From: Octopus sinensis
Lineage: Eukaryota
Assembly (NCBI RefSeq): GCF_006345805.1
Contig: NC_043004.1
Coordinates: 57,722,001 to 57,786,000, forward strand
Direction of reading: 5' to 3'
Length of the DNA stretch: 64,000 bases
Positions 24,400-37,835 of the stretch are shown here, one piece after another (positions within the stretch are counted from its first letter, which is position 1; the number at the start of each line of letters is the position of its first letter). The translations under genes were made by a program, and so were the position numbers. The notes beneath the pieces were generated by a model, which was not told the origin of the DNA, ran no database searches, and was given only the letters and a program-made list of their open reading frames with translations.

Positions 24400-24943
24400 T
24401 ACTCTTACTTTTTTACTCTTTTACTTGTTTCAGTCATTTGACTGTGGCCATGCTGGAGCACCGCCTTTTAGTCGAGCAAATCGACCCCAGGACTTATTCT
24501 TTAGAAGCCTAGTACTTATTTTATCGGTCTCTTGTGCCGAACCGCTAAGTTACGGGAACGTAAACACACTAGCATCGGTTGTCAAGCGATGTTGGGAGGA
24601 CAAACGCAGACTCACAAACACACACATACATATATACATATATTGGCCTGCTCGCTTAGCCTGCGGGGTGGCGTCAATTAAAGGCTAAAACAATGCGAAG
24701 TGCCTTGTGACCAGCGATGTGTAGCAACATCTGATAGCCTGGTCGGTCACAGTGATCACAGTGATATATATACATATATACGACGGGCTTCTTTCAGTTT
24801 CTGTCTACCAAATCCACTCACAAGGCTTTGGTGAGCCCGCGGCTATAGTAGAAGACACTTGCCCAAGGTGCCACGCAGTGGGACTGAACCTGTGACCATG
24901 TGGTTGGTAAGCAAGCTACTTACCACACAGCCACTCCTACGCT
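24400..24943 (-). mobile_element. SINE family 1 carrying a nested insertion
   Basis: Match to the family; foreign segment at 24643-24764 inside its microsatellite. Confidence 0.9.
24643..24764 (+). mobile_element. 5'-truncated tail B (SINE family 3B or its partner LINE)
   Basis: Homologous to 58608-58725; (TA)n on both flanks. Confidence 0.85.
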
Positions 24944-25898
24944 TATATTGTTTTTTTTTGCTTTTAAATTTGAACCTATACACAACCAACATATGTATAC
25001 TTTACTTAAGGCGGCCGAGTAGCCTGTTACTACGGTGTTACTAGCGCGAGTAGTCGCTAGTTCAGACATAGCACTCGGTCTATAAGACACACTTAATGCA
25101 GGACAATGGTAGAATCATTACAGGAAATAAAAGTACGAACTGTTAATGTTATAAACAATATGAGAAATAATCGTTTGTACTATAGGCACAAGGCCAGAAA
25201 TTTTCAAAAGAAAAGACGAGTCGGTTACATCAACCACACTGCTCAACTGGTACATATTCCAATCGACCCCGAGAGGTTAAAAGGTAAAGTCCAATGGAAC
25301 TTTCTAAATTGATGACAACAACGATAATGAATGACTTCAAATTTTGTCACAGAGCCGGCGGTTTCTGATTAGATCAACACCAGTAGTTGACTGATACTTG
25401 TTTCTTGTATCGACTCAGAAAAGATTAAGGGTAAAATGGACCACAAGGAAATTACCCGACGCGTATTACGGAATGCTAAGGCTCACCACCCTAATATTAA
25501 TAGGCCACCGCTGCTGTCTCTACTACTACTACTACTGCTACTTCCAATACTCTTCATTTTACTTCTAGTACAGTTGTGATGTAACGTGTCATTGACGTTG
25601 TCTGTTCTTTCCGAAGAAGTGGCTGGCTACAAGTCGTGAAAACTCCTGAGAAGAAACCACTTGAACAGTTTAAATAAACTACTGTTCTCCATATTCTTAT
25701 TAAGACATTCTTGTCCGGATTGTAGCTCAAAACGGCTATACGTTTGTGTACAGTATTTTCTAAAACAACACCGATACGTGTGTTTATGACGCTAATTTAG
25801 GGATAAATGAGAGTAAACGATGAGAGTTCGCAGATAATACAGGTTTACAGCACATACACAAACACATAGAAACACATTTCAAAAGATAATCCTCAATA

Positions 25899-26318
25899 GG
25901 CGCAGGAGTGGGTGTGTGGCAAGTAGCTTGCTTACCAACCACATGGTTCTGGGTTCAGTCCCACTGCGTGGAACCTTGGGAAACTGTCTTCTACTATAGC
26001 CTCGGGCCAACCAAAACCTTATGAGTGGATTTGGTAGATGGAAACAGGAAGAAGCCTGTCGTATATATGTATATATATATGTGTATTTGTGTGTATATGT
26101 TTGTGTGTCTGTGTTGTTCTCCCTAACATCGCTTGACAACCGATGCTGGTGTGTTTACGTCCCCGTAACATAGCGGTTCGGCAAAAGAGAAAGATAGAAT
26201 AAGTACTAGGCTTACAAAGAGTAAGTCCTGGGGTTGACTTGCTCGACTAAAGGCGGTGCTCCAGCATGGCCGCAGTCAAATGACTGAAGCAAGTAAAAGA
26301 GTAAAAGAGTAAAAAGTA
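25899..26318 (+). mobile_element. SINE family 1, full length
   Basis: Match to the family. Confidence 0.92.
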
Positions 26319-26537
26319 ATAAATAAATGTAAAAGAAGAAACCAAGTTAAAACACTAAGGTTTATAACATGCATACTTTCAATCAAAGAGCAAACATTTC
26401 TCAGCCGGGGTCCATATGGCACCTGAAGGTCCATATTAGGGTTTTGCGAGTATAGATAATACGGGAAATTGGAAAACCACAATAGAAATGTAAATGGCCC
26501 TTGAAAAAAGGTTTGCTTTAGTTGTATGCTCTCTCTC

Positions 26538-26950
26538 TCTTTTACTAATTTACTTGTTTCAGTCATTTGACTGCGGCCATGCTGGAGCACCGCCTTTAGT
26601 CGAGCAACTCAATCCCGGGACTTATTCTTTTTGTAAGCCCAGTACTTATTCTATCGGTCTCTTTTAGCCGAATCGCTAAGTGACGGGGACGTAAACGCAC
26701 CAGCATCGGTTGTCAAGCAATGCTAGGGGAACAGACACAGACACAGATACACACACATATACATATATATATATATACATATATATACGACAGGCTTTTT
26801 TCAGTTTCCGTCTACCAAATCCACTCACAAGGCATTGGCCGGCCCGGGGCTATAGCAGAAGACACTTGCCCAAGATGCCACGCAGTGGGACCGAACCTGG
26901 AACCATGTGGTTGCTTAGCAAGCTACTTACCACACAGCCACTCCTGCGCC
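26538..26950 (-). mobile_element. SINE family 1, full length
   Basis: Match to the family; inverted relative to the copy at 25899. Confidence 0.92.
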
Positions 26951-27752
26951 TATTAATATTTATTGCATTAATATTTATTGCAAAAAATCAGCTAAATTTC
27001 TTTCTCGTGTGTCTTACATAGTTCAATCTACAAATGTAAAGTGTGAAAAACAAAATAGGGATTTAGCAATCAAATGTCTATCAGGGTCCACCAGAATATT
27101 ATAGAAATTAAAGCAGCCCCAAAATGAAAAAAATAGCTGAGAACCCCTGACCTACACAAGAGAAAATCAAACACACTTTTTAAATTAACACATGAAGTTT
27201 TCTTTAAATTAACACATGGCTTTTAATGTATATGTGTGTATGTGCATGTGCGTGTATGTGTGTGTGCGTGAGAGAGAGCGAGTGTGTGTGTGTGTGTGTG
27301 GTGTGTGTGTGTGTGTGTGTGTTTTATTTTGTTTGAAGCATTCTTACATTTACCTTTCAAGTTGAACCATTCGTAAGCAATGATGTACGTATGGCATATG
27401 ACTGGAAGTGGAAAATAATTGGCGATTGTGCAGTAGAAATGATGTATTACTGGTCTAAATACTTGTCAGTATTTATTTCAAGCGAGTTTCGTTCCGATTT
27501 GAAATGGACAAGAATATTAAAAAAACATTTTGAACGATTTATCACACATGGCGATATTTGTACCAATAGACATCCATAAAATTATATAACGACTCTCTCA
27601 AAAACATAAAAAAGATAAAATGATTTTGCTTATCTGGCCCCTTATATTAAAACAGCTTGAGGGCTGCATAAAGATGTCCATCTCAATCCTTTGCATTATA
27701 ATTTCTAAGATTCTGAATAAATTCAATATTTACGGCAACCATAATTGGTATG

Positions 27753-27784
<32 letters not shown>

Positions 27785-27933
27785 CATATCATTCATAATT
27801 TTCTCAGGTACGGCGTGTCTCAGTCATACATTCTAAATGCGTGTGTATATACATGTATATTCACTTACATATATGTGTACGTTTATGGATATATATATAT
27901 GTGTGTGTGTGTGTGTGTTTGTGTATGTGTGTG

Positions 27934-28016
<83 letters not shown>

Positions 28017-28021
28017 GTCTG

Positions 28022-28445
28022 CCAGTATTCAGTTTTATTTTAAAATTTCTTGCTAATAGAGAAAGAACCGGTTTCTAACCTAAATACAAGGCTCCTTCAA
28101 TGGAATTTCAGCATCAACAACAAGGTATTTTTGTATGTATGTATGTATGCATGTATTTATGTATGTATGTATATGTGCAAATTTGTATGTTTTGTTTTAA
28201 ATATGTTTTCTCCTGCATATATTTGCATATCTTGACATTCTCATATATACTTAAATGATAACCTTTTTTTTAGACTTTTACAGACTTTTACAGTTCCAGT
28301 GATGGACTGCATCTGTAGTCTTCGAATCAGCTTTCCCCTTTCTGATTTTGAGAATTCTGATTTGGTAATTTAGGCAGTGTGTTACATATCCCAGTGCACC
28401 AATAATTACAGGTATAAATCTGAATTTGTAATCTGGATATGTATG
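28022..28445 (-). mobile_element. Second 3' fragment of the REL-type LINE
   Basis: YPDYKFRFIPVIIGALGYVTHCLN; 3' UTR homologous to 16798-16935 and 17185-17232. Confidence 0.8.
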
Positions 28446-30349
28446 CATGTGTTGGTAAAAAAAACAACAGTCAGAGAATATAACTAACTCATAAAGCATG
28501 TTTTTTTGTTTATCATAGTCCAGAAAGGAAAATTGTTATAAAAACAGAGAAATACAATGGAGATGGGCTGTATCTTCATTGAAGACACGTAGGAACTCAC
28601 AATGTAACACACACGAACGTTTAAAAATATACAGCTAACAGACATCAAAATAACGAAAGTACGAAACTATATCCACTTGCAAGCCAATATTGCTTAAGGA
28701 AATATAGCTAAAGAGACTTTTAATACTCAGAATGAAAGAATGGAAAAAGATAGTAATAAACACATAAGTTATAAAAATCTCTCTCTTCTCCACATCACTG
28801 AATTTTCTCCCCACTCTCTCTCTCTCTTAAACATTTTATTTCTCATTCACTTGGAGTATATATTGATTTCATTCTAAGTCTCTATCTTAATCCATCGCTT
28901 TAAGATGAGATGGTGTCAGTTTACCGCGTTCTATGTACAGCAGCAATATCTGTTTTATCGACTTCACAACATACAAAGCAAATGTCTATCTCAGTTCTAT
29001 GTGGTAACCACAGAGTATTTGAGCAGTCGCATCGACAATTTAAGGTTATGTACCTCGTGTCTCCATCCAGATCTATAAAGTCCTTACTCGCTGTGTTAAG
29101 AATTCTTACACTGATTACAGGGCTTAGATGAAACTGTTGCAAAATATTTCATTAAGCTACGCGACATCGCATGCTGTCGCACACACAAATATATACTTGG
29201 CACGTTTACACAAACACACACACACACACACACACACACATAAACAACATATTTATGTCTCGTGTATTTATTGATGAATAGGTGGTAATTGATGGCTGAA
29301 CAAAAATAAATGTTTTATAGTATATAACCTGCCGACTTTACGTATTTATTCTCGTTAATATAGCGGTTCATTAAATAGAGACTGATAAAATAAACAAACA
29401 AATTACAGGTGGTGGGGAGGCACAAAAATGTCGTCTTAATTTCTGAATAATTAAGTGTAGCTTTGTTTTCTTTATACAAAAATTAAAAAGTAAATTAACG
29501 TTTGGTAATGCGCACTACAGTAAGCTGTTGCAATTATCATAGAACAAAGCAGTAATCAAAAACCTGTTGATAAACTAAACAATTATTGGAATCTCAGCAA
29601 AGGCAACGAGTAATGTGCTAATCAGGAAGCGAACCTTAATTGAAAGAACTAATTTGAAATGTCGTCGTGACTTCAGAGAAGCATTTTTCAAACACCGATA
29701 CATACTGATATAAACATATATCTTATTGCTTTGATTAACCTTATGAGATATTAGCTAAGCTTTTACGGTCTGTAATTAGATGGTGTACTCATGATTATTA
29801 ATTTAGTTTATGATGGGTCTTAATTTTCTCACGATCTTTCCCTTATATTATTTCCAGGAACTGAATTAAAATACTATAACTAGCTTTTCCTCAGCTTGCA
29901 GATGCATTTTACTTTACTAATTTCGAATAAAAGTCATATAATTTTGTTGATTAATCAACTGCAATTCATTACTGTTACGCATAACTTTTAAATTGCAAGT
30001 AAAGAGAAAATTATAGAAATCTCACTTTAAATAAGTCTTAATGACTTAATTTACAGATACATTGAATGTGACAAGTGTTAACAGCCATTGAAGATGTGTT
30101 TAATTCAACAGCAACAGGTCTTAGGTCAAGGCTCTTCACACCTGTTACTCCTGTATGCTTAAATTGATTTATTTATTAGTAAGATAGTGGAAGTGCTGTA
30201 ATATAATATAGATCTACCTCCACCCTCGTGGCACAGTGTGGGGTAGATATAGTGTAAGGCCAGAATTTACAAAATGACATCTTTCAGAAACATGTATGAT
30301 CATACCTGTTCAAGTTCCGTATCCTGCAATAACCGGAAGTGTGCCAGGG

Positions 30350-31095
30350 GATATATTCTTATTCCACTTGATCTCGCTTCTAAATATATCTGATTAGCAT
30401 ATATATTTATATACATACATAGAGATTCGTAATAAACATAATATTATATGAGTATATAAATACATATCCCTATCTATCTATCTATCTATCTTTCTTTCCT
30501 TCTTTCTATTAATATTTTTTATTAATGATCGTATATATCCCACTTAATCCGATATGGGCATGAAAGCATACAGGTTCACATTGCATATATGTATGCTGTC
30601 GATTAGTTTGAGAAAAAACTCGAGAAGGAATATATTCTACCAACGCCTTAGACTACATTGTTTAGCATAAGCCTGTCTAGTTTTTAAAACAGTGAAGTGT
30701 GATTTGCGCAAATAGTAAACTGCTATTTTCAGTTGGTCTGGCGGTCATGTGAAGCCACATTAGCAGCAGTTATGTACATTTCGCAATATGCTTTTCTCTT
30801 TCCTTTTGAGAACGATGTCTTATTCAACGATAAAACATGGTTTGAGGAGGGATTAGGTTGCTATTTTTTAAAAATATCTAGCAACAACTTAGATACCTGT
30901 ACGGGAATTGAAGTATCTTTTTTTTTTTTTTTTATCTGGAAGCTTCTATCGGTAAGGATTTGTTTTATGCAGAAAATTTCGTTAGCATGAATAAAATTCG
31001 ATGAACATAGAGAAAACTATCTTTTAAGGTGTGTCTGTATTACTGATATATTCTTATTCCACTTGATCTCGCTTCTAAATATATCTGATTAGCAT
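30350..31095. repeat. Pair of identical 51-bp direct repeats (30350-30400, 31045-31095)
   Basis: GATATATTCTTATTCCACTTGATCTCGCTTCTAAATATATCTGATTAGCAT occurs twice. Confidence 0.9.
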
Positions 31096-32045
31096 TGATA
31101 TAAATGTAACTTGTAAGACATCGGGGAATCCATATATGTGAGTATAAATACATATATATATATACTCGATCTTTCTACTGATACTGAGTTCTAGCATATA
31201 TTTCAAACAGAATTAGCATTGGTGTCATGTTCAAAATATATTTCCACCATTTTCAATTATACATACCATAAGCCACCTGATAGTAAGATATAAATAGTAA
31301 GAAGTGCAATAATATTTCCTTTACACTGCAGTTTTACAAGTATTATGTAATATTGATTTTTAAACTTGCTACAATTTTACACATTTTCTTATTGACAAGT
31401 GTGACTGTGTGTATGTATGTGTGCGTATGTATGCATGTGTGTATGTATGTGTCTATGTATGTGTGTGTATCTTGGGGTGGGTTTGTCGGTTAATTCTACC
31501 AACAAACCTGACTAGTGTTATAGATTTATAATCTCAGAAGGATGAAAAGTAAACTTGACATCGCTAGGATTGAAACAGAATAAAATTGTCCGTAGCTAAA
31601 CATTGGTTTTAAAGGTTGGCACTTTCGTTTCAATCAGATACATTGGTCCTAGTCTTCAAGTGGTGCGTATTTATCGACCCCAAAAGGATACAAGGCAAGG
31701 TCGAGCTCGACCGAATTCGATTTCAGAAGGTAAATATGGACAAAATGCTTCGCGGCATTTTGTCCGGCTGTTACCGATTCTGCAAACTCACCGAGTTATC
31801 TGTATCTAAATCTTGCAATAGAGTTGAGTTATCCCCACCCACTATCAGCAGCAAGAGGTATTACAGAATTATAGCGGGAGGAATCATACGATAATCGCTA
31901 GTCAAACCTAGCTTCATTGAGCAACGATCCTAGTCATTGTTAAAAGGTGTCTACATACACACACAGACACACACACGCATACACACAAACACACACACAC
32001 AAACACATCTGTATCTTTTACTTGTTTCAGCCACTTGGCTGCGGT

Positions 32046-32490
32046 CAAGAAGTCCGATATTTACACTATCAGGACTTCAACCTAGATGGATTTACCACAG
32101 GATTGCACCTAAGAACTTACGGACTTACTTCTACACGATCGGGAATTTGAACGGTGAACTTTTATGCTTCTTTTTTCTTATTCCTTATTCCTTTATTTCT
32201 GTCCTGTATGTTGTCATTTCAGTAATCTATACCCTTCTAATTTTCCTATTTGTCTCCGATGATGGAATATCCCATAAACTTGGATATCCCAGAAACAGCT
32301 GTAAGACTTTGAATTTTTTTCCAATAATAATAATGTATATGACTTGAGATGTTTCCCTTGTCTTCTTTAACAATTATATATCCGTTATATCGGAAATCTG
32401 CAATGGCTCCATGAATACCGTCTTGGCTATAACCTTGGAGCCGTTATAGCATCTACCTAGCGTACCGAATCGTTAAGATCTCCTGTGCCA
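32046..32490 (+). mobile_element. Penelope-like (pLTR) fragment
   Basis: Contains a minimal hammerhead; abuts (TA)n; shares the GAAACAGCTGTAAGAC motif with 63567-63582. Confidence 0.55.
32252..32307 (+). ncRNA. Type I hammerhead ribozyme, variant core
   Basis: Stem I GTCT/AGAC; core CCGATGA; stem II TGGAATATCC/GGATATCCCA; GAAA; palindromic stem III CAGCTG; GUA cleavage triplet. Confidence 0.7.
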
Positions 32491-32499
32491 CTATATATA

Positions 32500-32534
<35 letters not shown>

Positions 32535-33189
32535 GGAATTTACAGAAGATAAAAGACGAAGACAAGTGAAGAAAGAACAAGCAGGTTATTAGTTTGACAC
32601 TCTTTGACGTTTGGAGCAGAAGCACTTCGAGAAAAAGAATGGAGAGGAGGAAAAGGGAGAGAGAACGAAAAAATCGAGAGAGAATACATGTCAAAATGCT
32701 TCCTGGTGAGGTGTGTGTGTATTTAGATGGAGTTGTCAGTTAATTCTATTTTCATACTTAATATGCAAGATAGTAAATGGACGTCACTAGACATTTTATT
32801 CAGAAACACTGCGCTAGTTTCACCTCACCATTCTCCCATACCTTACGTCTGAAGCACTGTACAGTCGTCTGTCATTATAGTTGCAGATGCATCCCGTCAG
32901 GTCTCTTTATGATAATTCTTCGTGCAGTAGTTTCGCTTAATTCTATAACCATACATTTTAATTAGTGCAGCATAATATTCGTCTCTATACTACATGGCCT
33001 ATACCCGAATATTAAATTATTACTATATCTATAAGAGAAGGTAAGATCCAGACATCAAGGTGTAGGAAGATAATAAGCTTGGAGAAATCCGTAGAAGGTA
33101 TAAGAAAGAACTGCCAGGAACAATAGTGGATTATTGACCTTGAAAGTTGTACATTTTTCCCGTATTGAAGTGCGATAAGCTGAAAAATT

Positions 33190-33226
33190 GATATATATAT
33201 ATATATATATATACATACATATATAC

Positions 33227-33265
<39 letters not shown>

Positions 33266-33614
33266 CATACATATATTATATATACATACATATATACATA
33301 CATATATATATACATACATACATACATATATATACATATATACATACATATATATATACATACATACATATATATATACATACATACATACATATATATA
33401 TACATACATACATATATATATACATACATACATGCATATACATATATACATACATATATACATACATGCATATATATATATACTTACATATATATATATA
33501 TATACATACATATATATATATATATACATACATATATACATAACTGCATATATATATATATATATGTATGTATGTATGTATGTATATATATATATATATA
33601 TACATACATACATA

Positions 33615-33646
<32 letters not shown>

Positions 33647-33711
33647 CATATATACATTATACATATAATATATATACATATATATATACACATATACATA
33701 TATATATATAC

Positions 33712-33742
<31 letters not shown>

Positions 33743-33931
33743 CAGAATATATATACATATATATATACATATATTATACATACTTATATATACATACATA
33801 TATATTACATACATATATATATACACATACATATATATATATATATATATTACATATATATATATATATAAACTATGTATATATAAATAATATACATACA
33901 CACACACACACCGACACACACACACACACAC

Positions 33932-33988
<57 letters not shown>

Positions 33989-33992
33989 TATA
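33190..33992. repeat. About 800-bp compound (TA)n/(CATA)n/(CA)n tract
   Basis: Direct reading. Confidence 0.95.
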
Positions 33993-33994
33993 AA

Positions 33995-34280
33995 ATAAAA
34001 AAAATGGGACAAGAACGCAAAACATCCGGACAGTTAAGTGATACAAAGAGGGACAACAAAACATCCAGATAGACGATACAAAGAAAACAAGGACGAGTCA
34101 TTCGAAGTCTTCTTTCCTCAGTCTAGTACCAGAGAATCTTTGCAATTTCTGCTGATTATACTCGGCCAGTCCCAAGGAAAAAGTAATCTAAGAGCATTAG
34201 ATTCCTTGGAAGAAAGCAGCGAACGTATACAAAAACAAGGACGGGAAAAAACGGATAATGTTACACAAATACAATAATAT
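33995..34280. mobile_element. Unclassified repeat in (TA)n, homologous to 44170-44480
   Basis: Shared blocks AAAACATCCGGA, TAGACGATA, GACGRGTCATTCG, TCTTTCCTCAGTC, CTAAGAGCATTAGA, AAAAAACGGA. Confidence 0.65.
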
Positions 34281-34321
34281 ATATATATAAATAATAATAA
34301 ACATAGACATACACATATATA

Positions 34322-34732
34322 TTCTTTTATTCCTTAACTCTTTTACACGTTTCAGCCATTTGATTGCAGCTATGCTGGAGCACCACCTTAAGAGGTTTCA
34401 GTCGAACAAGCGGACCCCAGGACTTATTCTCTGTAAGCTTAGTATTTATTCTATCGCACTCTTTTTGGCGAATCGCTAATTTACGGGGACATATAAACAC
34501 CACGCGATGTTGTGGGGACAAAAACAGACACAAAGACAGACGCACACACACATAAATACATATACACACACATAAACACGATGGGCTTTTGAGGTTTCCG
34601 TCTATAAATCCATTCACAAGGCCTTGGTCGGCCCGTGGCTGTAGTAGAAGACACTCACCTAGGATGCCACGCAGTAGGACTGAATCCAGAACCATGTGCT
34701 TGAGAAGCAAGCTTCTTACCACAGAGCCACGT
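34322..34732 (-). mobile_element. SINE family 1, diverged
   Basis: Match to the family. Confidence 0.85.
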
Positions 34733-34954
34733 CTTATTATGTATATAACAAGAACAGCAATGAAGAAAATCACATCTTCAATTAATGATTACAACATTGA
34801 TTACCGGTGATCGTTAGTGCTGGGCCAGCATATGTAGATACAGAGAAAAGATATAAAAGACCAGTGAAACTATCATATTCAAAAATATATGCTAGCATAA
34901 AGGTATCAAGGCAATTCAAATGGGCTAGATTCAAAGTGAACTAATTATATATAT

Positions 34955-35884
34955 TGTTGTGGTTCAGCTTAAGGACAGAGCTGGTGACCTACTTTTAGGA
35001 TAAACCCTTTGTCCTGTCAGATTCAGATGGATTGATCTGTTCTGGGTGGACCTGTGACCCCTTTGGGGGTGAACTAGAGGTCGTTCTAAACACCCCTTGA
35101 AGAAGAGGAAGAGGAAAGTAGTGAGAAAGATAGAGTAAGGAATCTGAGAGCAGATAGAGAGGATGACGGCAGCAGCGCCGATAAAGATAGGGACATAGGA
35201 CCAGGCGGGATAGAGAGAGTATAAGGCTAAGAGACAGATTGGGGGTAGTCATAAAGACAGTCGGATTTTGGAAGTCAGGGCAAGCGGTTGGGATTCAGGA
35301 GCTTGGCAAGTTGGAGTTAGCGGTACAGAGAGAGATGAAGTGCAATATGGGACACTGGCTATTCTAATTAGGAATTAAGGTATTTAATTGTATTGATACG
35401 TGTTACGATGTAAAAGAAAAAAAGAGAAAGAAGAAAGAGAAAGAAGAAAGAGAGAGAGAAAGAAGGACTCTGATGTAGTCGTTAAAGACTTTGAATTGTA
35501 ACGTGAATTGTTGTGATACGAACATTGTATAATGAACAATTGAACTGTTAGGCCTTTAATATGTCTTCGGACGTGTACCTTTGAAATAGAACTGTTGTCT
35601 CCGGACTGTTATATTGTTACTTGCATGTTTAAATGCTTTGATCTGTTGTATGATGTATTGAGTTGTCACGTGCATGTCCTCCTTTAAATGTTTCCTTTAA
35701 ATGTATTTGATGTGTAACAATTGATTGTCATAAACTAGTGTTAAATGTAAGCAAGTTGTGCCTTGCCTCTTTGTGTCTCTCTCGGTTGCCTCTGTATCTC
35801 TCTGTGCTGCTGCGGTTGTTGGTGTTGTATCTTTCCTCTCTCTGGGTTCCGTTCGGGCGAGCGGCGACGGGTGATTCCGTAACA
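34955..35884. mobile_element. Solo LTR (Gypsy-like), 930 bp
   Basis: Termini TGTTGTGG...CCGTAACA (imperfect inverted repeat, TG..CA); 4-bp TSD ATAT; more GC-rich than the flanks; no ORF. Confidence 0.75.
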
Positions 35885-35920
35885 ATATATTAAACCGTTT
35901 TACTTCTTGTATATATATAT

Positions 35921-36310
35921 ACTCTTTACTATGTTACTTGTTTCTTTCATTTGACTGTGGCCATGCTGGAGCACCGCCTTCAGTCGAGCAAATCAACCAC
36001 GGGACGTATTCTTTGTAAGCCTACTACTTATTGTATCAGCCTTTTTGCCGAACCGCTAAGTTACGCGGACGATAACCACACCAGCATCGGTTGTCAAGCG
36101 ATGTGGGGGGGGGACAAAGACAGACACACAAACATATACACATACATACATATATACGACGGGCTTCTTTCAGTTTCCGTCTACCAAATCCACTCATAAG
36201 GCTTTGGTCGGCCAGAGGCTATAGTAGAAAACACTTGCCCAAGGTGCCACGCAGTGGAACTGAACCCGGAACCATGTGGTTCGTAAGCAAGTTACTTACC
36301 ACACAGCCAC
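35921..36310 (-). mobile_element. SINE family 1
   Basis: Match to the family. Confidence 0.88.
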
Positions 36311-36328
36311 ATGTATTTATGTATGAGT

Positions 36329-36400
<72 letters not shown>

Positions 36401-37099
36401 CACAGTAAATATAGACCTCTACATGTATATTAAATTAGGAATTGCTATAATTTATTCCTTCCTAATAACTGCTTTTGTTTATCTTTCTAAAACAGTTTAC
36501 TGTAAATAAAATTCTAGAAGATTCCTTAACAAGTGCAATAACAGGACAGTTGCTATTTGTATCTCATGCCAAACACCCATATTTAGTAATATCTACAAAG
36601 ACTTTAAGGTAGCTATAGCAACTAGAGATTTTCACAAATCAAACCACACATAAATAATTTCTTGAATTATACGTGTTGAGCTGTGAATATCTCATTTACA
36701 CGCTGAAATAACTTAGATGTAATAGTGAAGTATTTAAACATCTTTTTCATTTTACATTCGTTGATATTGCGTGAATGAAAGAAAATAGCTAACAGAATAG
36801 ACAAAATATAATGAGCCTACTCTGTAGTCATGCAATACGCAATATATGAAAACTTACGGGAATCGGTGACACAAATATGAATATTTCCAGGGACAAATCT
36901 GCCTTGGATATCTTGAGATATAGATCGTTATGTTTATAAAAGGGTGAAGATTGAAAATCTTTTCGCTAGTGAATTGAAAATCCAATTGTTTATGGCTAAG
37001 AAAGGCATTATTAACAGGTGTGGAGTCACGTGTATCTGCTGCAAGTGGTAATCGAAACGAAGTAATAAATCGATTCTGCCGAAATAAATCACGTTTTCT

Positions 37100-37321
37100 T
37101 TTATTCTTTTACTTGTTCCAGTCATTTGATTGTGGCCATGCTGGAGTACCGTCTTTAGTCGAGAAAATCGACCACAGGACTTATTCTTCGTAAGCCCAGT
37201 ACTTATTCTATCGGTAGGTTTTGGCTATGTTACGGAAATGTAAACACCCCAACATAGGGTTGTCAAGCGATTTTGGAGTGGGACAAATACAGACTCACAA
37301 ATACACACACCCCAACATACG

Positions 37322-37378
<57 letters not shown>

Positions 37379-37535
37379 GACGGGATTCTTTCAGTTTCGG
37401 TCTACCAAAACCATTCACAAGGCTTTAGTCGGGCGGAGGTTATAGTGGAAGACACTTTCCCAAGATCGTGCGTAATGGAACTGAACCTGGAACCATGTGG
37501 TTGGGAAGCAAGCTTCTTACCACACGTCCGCTCCT
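37100..37535 (-). mobile_element. SINE family 1
   Basis: Match to the family. Confidence 0.85.
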
Positions 37536-37763
37536 TTGACTTAGGGAAATAATAACCTTAGATGCCTCAGTTCATAAACAAGTATTTGTTTTAAAACTAA
37601 TAGTGATTTGTAATTTACGTTCCTATTTCAAATTTCACCGTGGCCTACTTTGCCTTTCCTCCTTTCAGGGTTTGCAAAATATGTACCAGTCAAGTTCTAG
37701 GATTTATCTTATCGGTTCACCCAGTCCTAAAAACCGTCTGGGCCGGTGCCAAAATTTAAAAAG

Positions 37764-37835
<72 letters not shown>

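Noticed and set aside
26391-27150. Possible hAT-type MITE enclosing the SINE at 26538 (ends TGAGAACCCCTG)
   Set aside because: The left terminus is degenerate and there is no matching 8-bp TSD
28910-29142. 73-aa Cys-containing minus-strand ORF
   Set aside because: No recognisable motif or splice signals; the length is within chance expectation
33131-34012. Long ORFs such as the 293-aa YI/YM-rich frame (also at 23322-23895, 27620-28078, 43687-44207, 45641-46456, 57469-57990)
   Set aside because: Translations of stop-free microsatellites with no protein-like complexity
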